Positions 46,321 to 61,300 of a stretch of DNA of 64,000 nt are shown piece by piece. Position 1 is the stretch's first letter; each line of letters opens with the position of its first letter. The translations under genes and the position numbers were made by a program. The notes under the pieces are model-generated. The model made no database searches, had not been told where the DNA came from, and was given only the letters and a program-made list of their open reading frames with translations. This DNA is from Plasmodiophora brassicae (taxonomy: Eukaryota): NCBI GenBank assembly GCA_036867785.1, contig CP145415.1, positions 682,001 to 746,000 on the forward strand, in the 5' to 3' direction.

Positions 46321-49300
46321 ATGATGCGCCATCCCCGCACGTCATTCGCTGTGATTCTCTCTGCGTTCTGTCTTCCGGTTTACCTTGTTCGTTCGTCCCC
46401 AATCGCCGGCACTGCTGGGTATGCGTTGCAGTTTGACGGCCTGACAACCAATGTTACTTCCGCCGAGTCATGTAATCGCGATGTGAACTTCGTGCACAAT
46501 TGCACGACCACTGGAGGACTGGCATCGTTCACTATAATGTCGTGGGTGGAAGTGAACGTTAATCGCAACGTCACCTTGGCTCATAAGGACGGAGAATGGC
46601 GCGTTGACATCATATCTGGTGTCGCTGTTCGCGTTCGTCTACCTTCAGGTACCTGTCGTTTTACATCGCTTGTCGTGGAGGTAACTCGTTTCAGTAGGTT
46701 TTGATAAGAACTTCGCTCTCGTGTCTGGGGTCGGCGTATGGGTTCACGTTGCGCTTGTGTTCACGTCGGGCCAGATAAGCGTTCTCGAAAATGGCGTACT
46801 TACATCATCGGTAACGGCCTTATGGACGGCGTAAAAGGCTCGGTTAACATACCTATAGGTGAACACCATTGCATACCGGAGCCCATCTGCCTCAGGAAAG
46901 CCGCTGTATGTCGGTGTCGGATCAGATTCCACTCTGAAGTTCAACGGAACCATGGACGAGTTTCGTATATACGCATCGGCCCTGTCCACTCAAGTCATTT
47001 CCGACGCCATGGATTATCCCGACATTGTCGTACCGGCGACTTTAATTCTTCGCTGGACGTTCGATTCTCGGTCGTCACCTGTCAGTGACAGTTCAGGAAA
47101 CTTCAACGCTGGGACGGTTAGCGGCACAACTGCCTGGCCCGTCTCTGGCTGCGGATACGGAACAAGCGTCATTGCCTATCCGAATCAGGACCAGATCATC
47201 ATTCTGAATGGGACAGGCACCATTGCTCTTGTCCAGGTCATGTCTCTGCCTACGCCATCTGGGGCGGCTCTTTACCAGTGTTCGGGCTCCTGGGCCCGAG
47301 GTTCCAACATTCGCGCTGGAAACGTAATCACTGGACCTGATAACCGCATCATTTTCTCGGCGGCCACTAGTGGTTCTTACACATTCCTTTTCCGGGTATC
47401 GGACGGTGCCAGTGCATCTGCAAATGCAACTCTTACTGTCAACGTCATCAGCGTGAACAGTTTGGTAACGAGTGTTGGTGATGTTCAACCGTTGAACGTT
47501 TCCTTCTTGGCGAATTCGATATTGGATTCCGCTCTGATTGGTAATCGGAATGTGGAGTGCCTTGTTGAGGCCGACAGAGGGATCATCGTTCTGCAATCGT
47601 ACTCGGGCTTGTCGAAGAATTCGGGCACGCCGTCCGGCGTGTTCAACTACAGTGGCACAGTGACTGCCATGAACAACGCCATTTCGGACGTACTGTACAC
47701 CAGGGACCCCTACTTCTCCGGGCTCGATGTCGTCCACTGGCAGGTGGATGGTTTTGGTTCCAGCACGTATGGCGGAAGAATTCAGAAGAAACAGCGGTTC
47801 GATCTGCACGTAACCATCGGCCAGGCATCCAACATAGACGGTATTTCGCCGACGTTTGGGCCTCCTTCTGGTGGCACTGTTGTTACATTGTCCGGATCCG
47901 ATTTCGCCACCGGCATGCAATGCCGATGGTCATCAGGCCACGTTTACACAGCGACGGTCCAGTCTATTTCAACGGCAACGTGTCCGTCCCCTCCTGGGGT
48001 CCTTGGCTCTAACGTCACAGTCCAAGCCGAAACCAATTCTACTTCGAGCATGTTACCTTTCGCCTATAGGGCTATGCCGACAGTATCCTCTGTTAGTCCT
48101 AATATATCAGAGATCAAGGGCGGCTCCGTTGTTACTGTAACCGGATCTAACTTCTTCCAACATCCATCGCTCGCTTGTCGCTGGTCAAACTATACCTGGA
48201 GCGTACCCGCGACTCTCCTCTCCACGACACATCTTAGTTGTGTCACGCCTCCAAAGCTCGTGGCCGGGTACACGAGGTTGTCTATCACCGACAATGGTGT
48301 CGACTGGACGCCGGATGTTCTTCCATTCACATATATTAATAACGTCGAAATCACCGCCGTTGTGCCCAGAGAAGGACCATCAGACGCGACGGCGGTCGTT
48401 ACCATTGTCGGCACCAACTTCATGCCAACATCAACCCTTCTGTGCTCATTCGGAGGGCGTCAATCTCTAGTTGCCCCAACGTTCGTCAGCAACACTTCGA
48501 TTCTTTGTACTGCACCGTCGTTTACGGCTGGCAGTGTGGCGGTTGAAGTGACGCTTAATGGGCAGCAGTACACTTCTTCAGGCGCGCAATACGAGTATCT
48601 CGCTGAGTCGAACATCACCGCAGTGTGGCCAGACGTCGGGCCGCAATCTGGACAAGTCAACGTAACCTTATTCGGAGAACACTTTGTGACAACGGGACGG
48701 TCCCAAATCTACTGTCAATGGGGAAGCGGTATATATACCAATGCGACGATTATCTCAAGCTCAACTGCAGAATGCGTTTCTCCCGTCGTTAACGTAAGCC
48801 AATGCATTTCATTTTATGTTACCTCAGCACTGATCTTAACGCAGGTCAATGGTACCTACTTCTTGTCTCTTACGAATAAGCTCTACTGGTCTACCTCAAA
48901 TTCAATGGAGGTCCGCCACGAATGCCTTTTAACGTTTTGTGGCTTCAATTTACTTTCTTCCTTAGTTCACGATTTATCCTGTTTCTGTCGTTAGCTCGGT
49001 TTATCCAAGTATATCGACAACTGCAGGGGGCACAATCGTAACAGTGTCCGGTGCTGGCTTCCAGTCGTCAGCGCTGCTTCGATGTGGCTTTGCTTCTGGT
49101 GTGGCATCTCAGGCCTCGTACGTGCGTATTTGTGAACTTGTTCGATAGCCACGTGCTTATCTGTGTCGTAGATTCGACTCTTCTACGAGAGTAAAGTGCT
49201 CGGTTCCTCCTCACGGTTCAGCGTCAACGTTTTCATTTCGATTTTCGAACGGCTATGTGAACCTGTACCAAACTACGCAATTCAACTTCGTTGTCACAAA

Positions 49301-52300
49301 TGCGATAACAGTAACGCGTGCTACGATCAGCACCGCTTCTGTCAACGGTTTGTTGCAGCATCCCAAAGATATAGCATGAATCTCAGACACTAGCCTTTCT
49401 TTGTCCAGGTGGGGCCTGGGTCACTGTCATCGGCACAACGTTCGTCAATCAGTCCAGCCTCGCGTGCTCGTTCAAATCGTATTCCGTGCTCTCAGAATAC
49501 GTCGTCAGTGCGGTTTTCTTGAACTCGACGGCAATTTCTTGTCGATCCCCAAAGGTTCCTCAACCTATGGCCGTCAACCTGACGGTAGCGAATGATGGCC
49601 AGGTAAAGTCCTATGAGTTGATTATCTGCAGGCATTTGCACTAACGTTAATTTAGGTATTCAGCAGTAACTTCCTTCTGTTCAACTTCCAGCACCCTACT
49701 AGCCTTTCCAACGTTTATCCAGATTACGGCTCTGCTGGTGCCATCGTCAATGTCACAGGCGCAGGGTTTCTTCCAACAACAACGCAATGTCGATTTGGGG
49801 TTATCGTTGTTCCCGCGAGTTACATGTCGTCTACGAAGGTCCTTTGCACGGCGCCAACCCAGTCATCATCTGGAGACGTCATCTTGTCAGTCTCCAGTAA
49901 TTCTGGAGCCGAATGGTCGACTTTTACACTTCCATTCACGTATGTTGCTTACCAGCCGACTCTGACATCTATCATCCCGCCCCGGGGACCCGTATACGGT
50001 GGAACGCCCATCACCGCTATCGGTTCAAATTTCACAAAATCGTCATCAAGTGCGGTTTGCCGCTTTGGCAGTGTGACATCTCCCGCCAAATGGGTTTCGT
50101 CAACCACAATCTCGTGCACCTCTCCAGCCGCTAATTCTGCGGGAAATGTCGGTTTGGCAGTTAGTGACAACGCAGTCCAGTTCACAGGGACGGCGAACTT
50201 TACGTATGAGGACCCTCTAACTTACATCAGCGTTTCCCCGACTAATGGAACTGTCCTGGGTGGGACCATTGTCACAATCGCGGCTATATCGTTTGTCAAC
50301 TCCTCGCTGTCAATGTGGTGCCAGTTCATTGGAACACCAAATGCCATCGTTCTAGCGACGTTCCTCACTTCAAGTTCCGTGAGTTGCCGAACCCCATCAC
50401 AGGCTACACCTGGTTCCGTCACGATTAAGGTTACAGACAACATCGGTCGAGATTTCACAGGACTCGGTATCGTTTTCGCGTATACGGCAAACCCACAAAT
50501 TCTTACCGTTTCGCCTTCATCTGCGCCTGCTAACGGCCGTTCGAGCTGGGCCAATATTACGGGTGTTGGGTTTGCACCTTCATCTGCACTACGATGCCGT
50601 TACGGGGGGGCCCAACTTTCTGTACAAACGGTGTACGTCAGTTCAACATCAGTTCGTTGTCTTTCACCGGTTATTGTGTCTCCTCAATCGTCTGCTATGT
50701 TCATCGAAGTAACACTAAACGGTGTCGACTACACATCTGGTCAGGTGGCATACTACTTTACTTCGCTTCCTGTGATCTCATCGTTATCTTTGTCGCGGGG
50801 AGCGCTTACTGGCGGATCATTGCTGACCATACGAGGGTCGTATTTTACTGCGACTCAGGATATGGTTTGCAAGTTTGGCGCGACGCAATTCATTACAGCG
50901 ACTGTCACATCGAGTACAGAGCTTGTCTGCCGGACACCGTCCGTTTCCGTTCCTGGGCTGGTTACAGTCGAAATTTCGAGCAACGCCCAAGATTACTCCG
51001 CACAGGGCTTCACGTTTATGTACGTCGCGACACCCAGAGTAACCAGCACAATTCCGGATCATGGCAAATCTAAGGGCGGGACGGTGGTTACAGTTCTTGG
51101 CGTCGCATTTGGTAACGTCACGTCCTGCGTGTTTGGTGGAATTATTGTGTCTGCGTCCACGATTAACTCATCATCAGTGATCTGTACGACTCCGGGAGGT
51201 ATGCCGAATACAGAGGCCTCTCTTGAAGTGTCGGTCAACTCTGGTGCTGACGTTTCTGTGAGCTCTCCACAAGTCACGTTTCTATACCGCGACTTTCCCG
51301 TCATCACTGATTTCTTTCCAAGATCGAAACCGGTCGCTGGTGGTGGCTCCAGTGTCAATGTCACCGGTACTGGGTTCCGTTTGCCAACCGTCTTGCTATC
51401 GTTCGCGGGTGTCCACAATCCTGTAGCAGCAACATTCATATCGTCGACGGTTGTCCGGGTCACAGTACCGCCTGTTGTTTCCCCAGGTCCAGTGATTGTC
51501 GAGGTTTCGACAAACGGCCAAGAGTTCTCCGACTATGGCAAGACTTTTCTCTATGACCCGAATCTGTCTGTTACATCGGTCATTCCATCTCATGGCGGCC
51601 TGTCCGGCGGGTACCCCGTCACCGTTTTCGGGTCAGGATTCATGAATGCAACTCACGCGACAACACTCGGTACGCTGTGCCGTTTTGGTACGGTAGTCAC
51701 GTCCAGCTACAGGTACTTGACAGCAACGTCTGCAGTCTGTACTGCGCCGGCGTCTGCAAGTGGCACCGGAGCCGTTCACGTTGATCTTACGTCTAACGGC
51801 GTTGATTTTTCTTCATCGACAGTACTATTTACCTATTTGGTTGACCCAACTATTGTCAGCATTGTTCCAAATTACGGCTCCCTCTCAGGAGGCACTCTCT
51901 TGAGTATCGCATGTGCTGGCGTTAGCAACGCCTCGACTCTATTATGCTGCTTCGACTCGACGTGGTTCCTGCCTGCAACGTTTAGAAACAGCACTCTTAT
52001 TCAATGTCGGACCCCGACTTTGAATGCGTCAACGTCGCTGTTGCGTATTACTTCAAACGGCTGGCAGTGGTCATTGCCCATTACATACTTTACCCAGATG
52101 GATCCGAATATCACTTCAATATTCCCTAATCTTGTCGACCCGTACAGGAGTGGTACACTCCTGACAATTTCGGGGTCCAACTTCGTCCAACGGGCGGCAG
52201 ATACGTGAGTCACGGTCGTCTACAGCAAGTTTTGAAAGCTAATTCATTGGGTTGCAGGATGTTATGCCTGTTCGGTGGGCCTGCTGCTGGAATTCGTAGC

Positions 52301-55300
52301 GTCGCAACATTCGTTTCCGAGGGAACAATGACATGCGCGACGCCAATGCCAATGTATCCAGGTTCTTTCACAGTCGAGCTAACATTCAATGGAGTAGATT
52401 TTACTCAAGATGGAGTCGTCGTTGTATTCCACCCGTTTATTGCGATTACGTCATTGTCGCCTTCTTATGGATACGCCAATGTGACGTCGGTTACGATCAC
52501 GGGAACGCGCTTTATTAACAGCTCGAACCTTGTGTGCATGTTTGGCGCAAAGAGAAGGTAAGGACCCAGGAATGGTATTGGTGCTCCGTTGGCTCTGACC
52601 TTGCACCAGCATGCCGGTGAAATTTATCGACAGCAACCATGTCATATGTTCGGCACCGGCCCAAGGACTTGGATCCGTGGCCGTGCGTCTTTCCGTCAAT
52701 GGCATTGAGTTCACCAACACGTCTGCTACGTTTACCTATATCTCACAGCCTACGATCTATGGTATAACGTCAGCAAATTGGCCTCTGTCAAATCTTGGCA
52801 CATCAACAGTTACGGTCACTGGGAACTACCTTACTGCCGGAACGGTCTGGTGCAGATTCAAAAATGCTCTTGGCTCCTCGATAATGGTAACAAGTTGCCA
52901 TAGAATGGCCTGATATCGAAATTGACATGGCTGGTCAGGTGAACGCCACGACTTTATCTCCGGGTTCGTCGATAGAGTGCCAGTCACCCGTTGGTGCTCT
53001 GGTGCCACAAACTCTGAGCATCACTTCGAACGGTCATGATTTCTTCGACATGGCGGGTCTCACATACGCTGCGTTCCCGACTTTGTCGTACACCTATCCG
53101 GAATTCGGTTTCACTCGGGGTGGAACTTCGTTGACGGTATATGGGTCTGGATTCACTGAAGGATGTATTGTGTTCTTCACGAGTGCAAGTAAGAAAAATG
53201 GCTTTCGTGAGCGGTCTGTCGTCTAACGTCGATCTACCAGATGTTAACGTGTCCACAACGTTCGTATCCTCCACCATGCTAACGGTATCGACGCCTGCGT
53301 CAGCAACTGGATTCTCTTCTGTCGAAATTGCCCCAGCAACCCTAGCGCAACGATCGCAGTCCACAGTGCAGTTCCGATTTGATGATGTTATCACCGTCAC
53401 GTCGCTATTGCCAGCGACTGGCTTTGCCGGTTCTCTCATTACCGTTGTCGGTACTAACTTTATCAGTTCTTTCGGGCTACGATGCAAGTTCGGGCAAAAG
53501 GTACTGGTGACAGTTCTCAGGAGTTGCTGTATCTTTAAATGCTGACACAATAGGCTGTTTCTGCTGTTTACCTGTCGACATCCCTACTGCTGTGCACAGC
53601 ACCGTTGCAGAGCAGCCCCCAAGGGGACGTGACTGTTGAAGTGTCCAACAACGCGCAAGATTTTTCCAATTCTGGTCAACTGTTTAAATACGTGACTCCT
53701 TCGGTTTCGTCGTTGACGCCGGCATTTGGAGTCCTTGGAGGCCAAACGCTACTGACCGTGTGCGGATTTAATTTCGTGAACTCGTCATCATTGACTTGCG
53801 GGTACCGTAGCTGATCAGCACACATTGCTGTTCAACCATTAACTGCGATCTGAATAACTGCACAGGTTCGGCTCTGGCTTCGCTGTTCCGGCAAGCTTTG
53901 TGCAGTCTGGCAATCTTGCCGATGGCAATGTCACGTGCGCAACGTGCATGTCCCCTGCCTTTTTGCATGGATCTTCTAGTGTATCAGTGACGATGTCGAA
54001 CAACGCACAGGACTACTCTTCAGACAGTGCTACTTTCGCGTATGCATCGTGTTTACTGTTTTTCAGCACATTGTAATCTGTTTCCTTCAGGTACGTTGCA
54101 CTGCCGGGGCTATCAAGTGTAGTGCCGTCGCTGATCCCGCAGTCAAGCAAGTCGTCGGTATCTGTCCAGGGCACTGCGTTTATATCGAATAGCTTAGTCT
54201 GCCGGTGGAACGGAACGACCATATCTGCAGCGGTACGTCTGCAACAAATTGGACGTTGCTGGATCGTGATCCTCTTACACATTATACTAGACGAGTGTAA
54301 GCTCCACTCTGGTCATCTGTCAGGCTCCTTTGTTCGGGACAACTGGTATCGTCACTCTGGACGTATCAAACGGTGGCGCGAATTTTTCCAATCAGCTTAC
54401 TCTGGAAGTATACGCTGACATCACACTCACGTCTGTAACTCAATCGTTCGCCACAAGCACGGTGACGGTAACAGGAACAGGGTTTGTTCGCACTCCACTT
54501 TTGAGGTAAGGTCGTCGCGAAGAGGTTCCCTGTTTTGTCTTACAGTCTGCTATTAGTTGTCTTTTCGGCGCAGAAACCCCTGTTTCTGCTGTGTGGTATA
54601 CTTCTACACTGATTACGTGCTCTTTGCCGCCGCAGTCGCCAGTCAACGAAGTTGTCAGAGTATCCAATAATGCTGCAGATTTTACGGTTGTAGGCTTACC
54701 ATTCAGCGTTCGACTTGCGCCGACGGTCACTTCAAGTTCCGTTTCGCCCGGTGGTCTTGTCACTATAACAGGTTCCAACTTCAGTCCATCAGACACCTGG
54801 TGGTGTCTGATAGGAAATGAACTTCGACGCAAGCCGAATTCAGTGACCTCATCTACCATTGTTTGCGATTCCAGCGGTGCAACACTCTCATCGTCTTCTT
54901 CGACACCTGTCCGTGTTCAAGTTGAGGGATTATCTCTATCTGCAGGTAAAAGCGATACTCGATGGGTCCGCATTGTTTCGTAACAGGCCCTCATAGGTGC
55001 ACTTGACACACTTGCTCCGACCGCGACAATCTCGGGCATTCTTCCAGTCACTGGGACAACTGACACGCTGATCACAGTCACTGGGACAAATTTCGCCTCA
55101 TCATCCCTCTGCTCATTCTCTGGACTCGTGACGGGCACAACTTTCGTATCGTCTACAACTATTCTTTGCGAAGTTCCACCAATGGCGGCTTCCTCTTCTA
55201 TAGTCCGCGTTACGATCAACGAAAGTCTTGATGCCTCTAACGCTTTGGAATACGTCTCGCATGTGCCTTCCAATTTAATGATTTCCCCTTCGGTTGGCAT

Positions 55301-58300
55301 TGCCGGAGATATAATCAACGTAACCGGGACTGGTTTCCGGGACGGTCCCTCATTGGTCTGCAGGTTCGGGACCGTTCTGTCAACTCAGACTACATTCGTC
55401 TCAACGAACCTAGTTTTATGCGTTGCCCCAGCACTTGATATAGGATATCCTGTTGTCGTCAGTGTCGGCTACAACGGGGTTGATTACGTTTCATCCATTC
55501 CTTTGTTTGTTTACCTGGGAGGTCCAAGCGCCGTCAATCAAATTCGCCCGGGAAATATTGGCTCTCTTTCGGGAGGCACTGTGCTATCACTGACAGGGTC
55601 GGGATTCCCATCGGCAACCTTCTGCGTGTTCGGCTCAGGCGGCCGCCGTTCACCTGCCAAGGTTTCATCCTCAACACATGCTACCTGTCTGTCTCCATCG
55701 TCTGATCGCGTTCAAACCAATATCCCCGTCACGCTGGGTGATAATGACGCAGTAGGTGCTGCGACGTTCTCGTACGTGGAGATACCATTCGTGTCATCGA
55801 TTTCGCCACTCCGTGTCCCTGGAGGTTCCCCTGTTCTTCTGACTGTCACTGGATCAAACTTTACGACATATTCATGCTGTGCTATCAACAACAACTTGGT
55901 CGTTCCACTCTTCGTTTCGTCAACTACTGTGATTTGTTCAACCGCCCCTACCTATTTCCAGCGAATTGCTGTCGGTGTATCTCCCAACTGTTTAGACCTT
56001 CCTGCCAATGGGTCACTGCGAATCCTCGAAGTAGGCCTGTGTGTATTTGTTCATGTCATGAAAGCTGAAGATATTTGTCCAGGTCTATACGGCTCCGCGC
56101 ATCACCTCGTTTTCCCCTAATGTGGTTCATAGTGGAAGCACTCTTGTTACTGTTATAGGAGAATTCTTCGGGCTTGGTTCAGATCGTTTAACGTCTAACC
56201 TCTTCAACACCACTTTGTGTCGATTTGGGCTTACTGTCACTTCTACTCCAAATTCGGTCTCGTCTACGCGCATCGTCTGTCCTGTAACAATCAACACGGA
56301 CAACGCCACCCCGGTACTTCTTTATATCAGTATCGACTCTGGGGTTAGTTGGACATCCGCACCAGAGCTGCTTTTGCTGTCCGCCCCACCCACAATACAG
56401 GCGTTGTCCCAAACGCGTGTTCTGGTCGGAATCTCTACTTCCATGGTCATCACTGGGTCTGGGTTCACGTTTTCGTCGGCTGTACTGTGCCGCTTTGGCG
56501 GCGCAGATATTCGTATGGCAAGAGATGTGGGTTCCACTTCAATCACTTGCGTGACACCGCAGTATACGACTCCCTCGACTGGTGTTTCATTTGCTGTCAG
56601 TATCAATAATGGGACAGACTGGGTAGGCGGGATGACATTTGATATTATTGCGGCGCCCACCATTACTTCAGTCTGGCCGAGGCTTGTTACCGTCGGAAAC
56701 TCGTCGACTATTGTCACAGTATCTGGGATGAGGTTAGTGAACTCTTTCGAAACACCCGTTGTTTTCTTATGCATGGCTTGTTGCTTAGTTTCAACGCATC
56801 ATACTCGGTATTTCAGTTGAGCACGAATGGAGTTTTTGCAGTCTTGCAATCATGTTCCTTTGCTTCATCGGCCCAGGCGACCTGTATCTTGCCGCCGATA
56901 ATGTGGGATGTCGTAGGCGACCTTACTGTAACGGACTCAATTGCTGGGTCCCCTGTTGATACGGCAAAGGTACGTATCTTCTATGTTCGACACAGCACCA
57001 TGCCGATGGTACTGGGTTCCTCATCGCAGTACTCGTTTGACACTGGTGGAAGTACTGTCACGTCTACCGTCGTTCCTGGTGGGACCCTTCGAAACCTGAC
57101 AAGCCCTGCACCTGCTGGGTCTTTCCGTTTCCATGGTTCTATTCTGGTTACGGCAAGCATGTCACTCGGGTCGAAATCTCCAGCTTGCGTTATGCCTGCA
57201 CTGGGAACCGATTCAAGCCCAGTTCGTGTGGAGTACTCCGACGATGCACTTGCTCAAGTGTTCTCATCGTTAGGGTCAATTACGATCCTGCCTATCCCAA
57301 CGGTCACGTCGTTTACTCCTACATTCACCTCATATCGCGGAAATGCTTTGATCACGGTTGTGGGTTCTAATTTCAATGACAGTTTGTCATTCCAAATACG
57401 CGTCGCACTTGGGAGTACTAATGTTTCTGTCCCCGCGAATGTCATCGACTCGAAGACAATAACGTTTCGTACGTCAGATATTTACGCCTGTGTCATGTGA
57501 ACTGACTGTCGTGATAGTGTCACCTCCCTGGCCAAACCCAACAGCGAAGTGGGCTTCATTTGCAGTGACAACTGGCATCAACCAGTCAGCTGTTTCATCA
57601 GAGCCCCTTTCTCTCCAGTATTATGCCGCTCTACCCACCGTTCTATCAGTGTCGCCGTCGTCTGGCGTTGGAGGTGCTCTTGTCAATGTTACCGGCACAG
57701 GCATTGTTTGCGGATTGACGCAATGTTTGATTGTAAATATGACAACAGTTAACCCGACGCTGTGTACACCGTCCTGGATCATGTGCAGGATGCCGGTTCT
57801 TCAGTCGCCTCACGTTGTCGGAGTGGCTTTAATGCTCACTGGTCTCGAGACAGTTCCAGGCAGTGCGGTTCAATTCGAATATCGAGAACGATCACCCGTG
57901 GTCTCCAGTGTGCGGTTTGATGCCGTCCAAAGCAAGGTCATCATTGACGGTTCGGATCTGCAGCTCGTTGATCGCGTTCGTGTGGGTCAAATCTCTCAAA
58001 CTCTAACGTCATTCCGATATCTGTCAAACACCCGCATCACTGCTGCGGTAACTGTATCTACTGTGCCATGTCCCCTACGCGTATCTGTCAGCCCATCGCG
58101 ATCGGTAGACTTCCTTCCATGGCCGTGGACCGTTTCAATTGTCGATCCTCCGAAGGTGTCTGCAGTGACGCCACTGGCAATATCGCCTGTGTATCCTGCG
58201 ACAACACTGACCATTATTGGAAGCGGATTCGCGTTGACCTCCAACGCGGTTTGCTACTTTGATGGGCAGAGGCGCTCCCAAGGAATTGTTGTTTCAGCCA

Positions 58301-61300
58301 ACCTCATCTCGTGTGTGGCACCATTAGCCAACAGCACTCTTTATTCTCCTGTCGTATTATCTCTCACGATTGACGGAAGTACGGTTGCGACAATGGGATC
58401 TCTCTCACTTGCCCTCACCTACAAAACCTCGCCCCCGGCAGCATCAGCGTCTTCCGCCTCGTTTACGTTATCTGTGTTGGTTGCAAACCCGTCTCATATT
58501 GTCGATAATGGCATGCCCGCTGTCATACAGTTATCGTCCCCCACATATTCGTTCTCCCAGTTCCCCAATGCAACGCGAACGTGCAGGCTTGCCTTTGAAA
58601 CCACTTCTGTTCCCGCCGTTTGGATTTCGACGAGCTTGATTTCTTGTAATTTCTCTAGCCCGAGTAATGGTCAATGGCTTGGTCACCGAACGCTTTCCGT
58701 GTTGGAAGGTCAGCAGGCTGTTGGCCATGCCACCGTGGAGGTTGTATCCGCTCCCACTGTGCGATCCGTTGTGCCAAGCTCTGCCCCCACTCTGACAAGC
58801 GCGTCAACTATTGCAACTATTACTGGGTCAGGGTTCTCACCTACTTCTGTCGGAGGATGCGTTTGGAAGTCTGCAAATCAGACGGAAATCATCCCGGTGC
58901 TCTCTATGACATCCACATCGGCTCTCTGCGCTGTTCCTTCTCGCGCTGCTTATCCACAATCCATGCTTCCTAGGACTGATACTGTGACGCTGTTCGGTGT
59001 ATCGTGCTGTGCCCAGACGTTCACCTTTTACGAGGCACCTCAAGTTGAATCTGTTACACCAAGCTTCGCTACACCTCTAGCAACGATCACCCTGACAGGT
59101 TATGGTTTCGGTCGCGCCAAAGAATGCATATTTACGTCACTGTCGCTGTCACAAGACATCTCCTTTGTCTCGGCGACATCGATGGCCACCGCCACTTCAG
59201 TTCAGTGCGTCGTTCCCGCTTCAGCATTGGCTGGTCGATACAATGTGGGGGTTGACACCAGCAGCGACGACATCGTCTTTGAGGTTGTCTCTCCAATATC
59301 AATCCGTTCCGTATCCCCAGTTGGTCCTCTCTCTTTGAGAGGCGGCCAGCCGATTACAATTTACGCAGGAGCTTCAGGTGGATTTTCTGACGTCGCTTCT
59401 GTCCGATTTGGGCTCAATATTTTATCGCCCAAGGTCATCTTGACGACTGACTCTTACATTGTCTGCTTATCTCCTGCAGTCCAAGCGCCGATGCGCATGT
59501 CGCTGTTCTTATCGCGACAACAAAACGCTCATGATTGGTTTGGTGCTGTGGCCGGCGTTGCTGTGACCTTCACTGATGGCTACATTGTGAGTTCTATGGT
59601 ACCGCAGATATTGCCTGAGGAACAACCTGGTTCCGTTACGGTCTCCGTTGGTAGCATTTCGCTTGGTCCTGCAAACGTAGTAAGCTGCTTGTGGACGAAC
59701 AACGTCAGTAATGCGTCGTGGTCGTCGGTCACGACCACCTTGGTATCCACAACTGCTATCAACTGTAGTATACCTGCCCTACCAGGTAACCAGACATGGA
59801 TTCTGAGCCTTGTTGTTGACGGCCTTCGCCCCGAGTATATTACCAGCGGGCGTCTGGCAGTTTCAATTGTCTCCAGACCCACTCTCTCGAGCATTACCCC
59901 GTCGAGTGGCTCGCCTGACACGCTCTTGACGATAACGGGATCTGGTTTTTCGCCAGGAACTTCTGTATGCGTTTTTAATGGAAATGTGCATGTACCTCTG
60001 TATGCGGACGGCATCGGATCTTCGAATACGAAGGTACAATTCCGGGTCTGCGTTCCGTTTCTCTAGTTTGACGTTGATTCAGGTGCTTTGCGTGGCTCCG
60101 TCCTTGAACGTTTCCGGCTCAACGCCGTATTATGCGAATTTGACCGTATCCGTGAATGGCATATATCCCCTGTCAAGAAGTACCGTGACGTTCGCTTATT
60201 CTACGCTGTCTCCTATTACCCAGACGTTAACGATCACGCCGCTGTCCGTTGTCAGCGGCATGACCGTAACAGTCTACGGTTCCAACTTCACGTCGGCTGA
60301 CGTATGTAAATTTGGCGTGACCCTTAACAGCGGCTCGACGTCGTTGCTGTCCACATCGGCATTAATGTGTGTTGTTCCCACAATGGCACATCTTGGAACA
60401 GTTACGGTTACTGTTGGGACGAGAGCCGGCACGGTCATGTATGTCTCAGAGCCCGCTGTTGTAAGCGTATCGCCAAAGGCAGGCAGTATCGCTGGTGGCT
60501 ACGCAGTCACGCTAACAGGGGCAGGGTTCGGAACCGCTTCCATGGTGTCCAAGATCAAATGCTTCTTTGGGCCTTTTGAGAGCGTGCCAGTCACTGCATG
60601 GCTTTCTGCTACTGCCATCGTCTGCACTGTTCCTCCGGGACCTTCAGCGTCATCTGTAACGCTGAGCGTCGTGGTAGATCAGATAACCTCAGTCACTTCT
60701 GTCTCGTTCACATACGTATTGCAGCGTGCGTCCTTGATTTCACTTTCTCCTACTGTTGGAGTACGTGGCACGTTGGTAACAGCCACGCTTCTCGGAAATG
60801 CAACTGATTGCGATCGTGCCGCCGCAACGTCGTATGTGTGCATGTGGGACGGTTCGTCGTCGTCGCAGGCATCACTTATCAGTGGAAGCGCACTGCAAAT
60901 TCAGTGTAGTGCGCTGGGCTCGAACTTAACGATACAGGGTGTAGCCGGTTGGCTTGGCTTCTCTCTGTGCAATAGCTCATCTGTCTCGCACGTCGTCCCT
61001 GATATCATAATGCCATCCGTAGTTTCTACTGCTGGAATTGCATTGACTGTGTTTGGGTCATCGTTCTACAACACATCAACACTTTGTGGCCTCTTCAAAG
61101 GTCATGTCTATCCTGCGTCGTTCAAGTCTCAATCTGTTGTTACGATGACGCTCCCTGCAAGCATTGTCAAAACACTGCCTTGGGGACCCTCAAACGTTTC
61201 AGTATCTAGTGATGGCACTGATTTCGGCGTTCCTGGGACGGTTCTGATTGCTGAAGTCCCCACGCTGATGTCCATAACGATTCCACTTCAGGTGCCTATC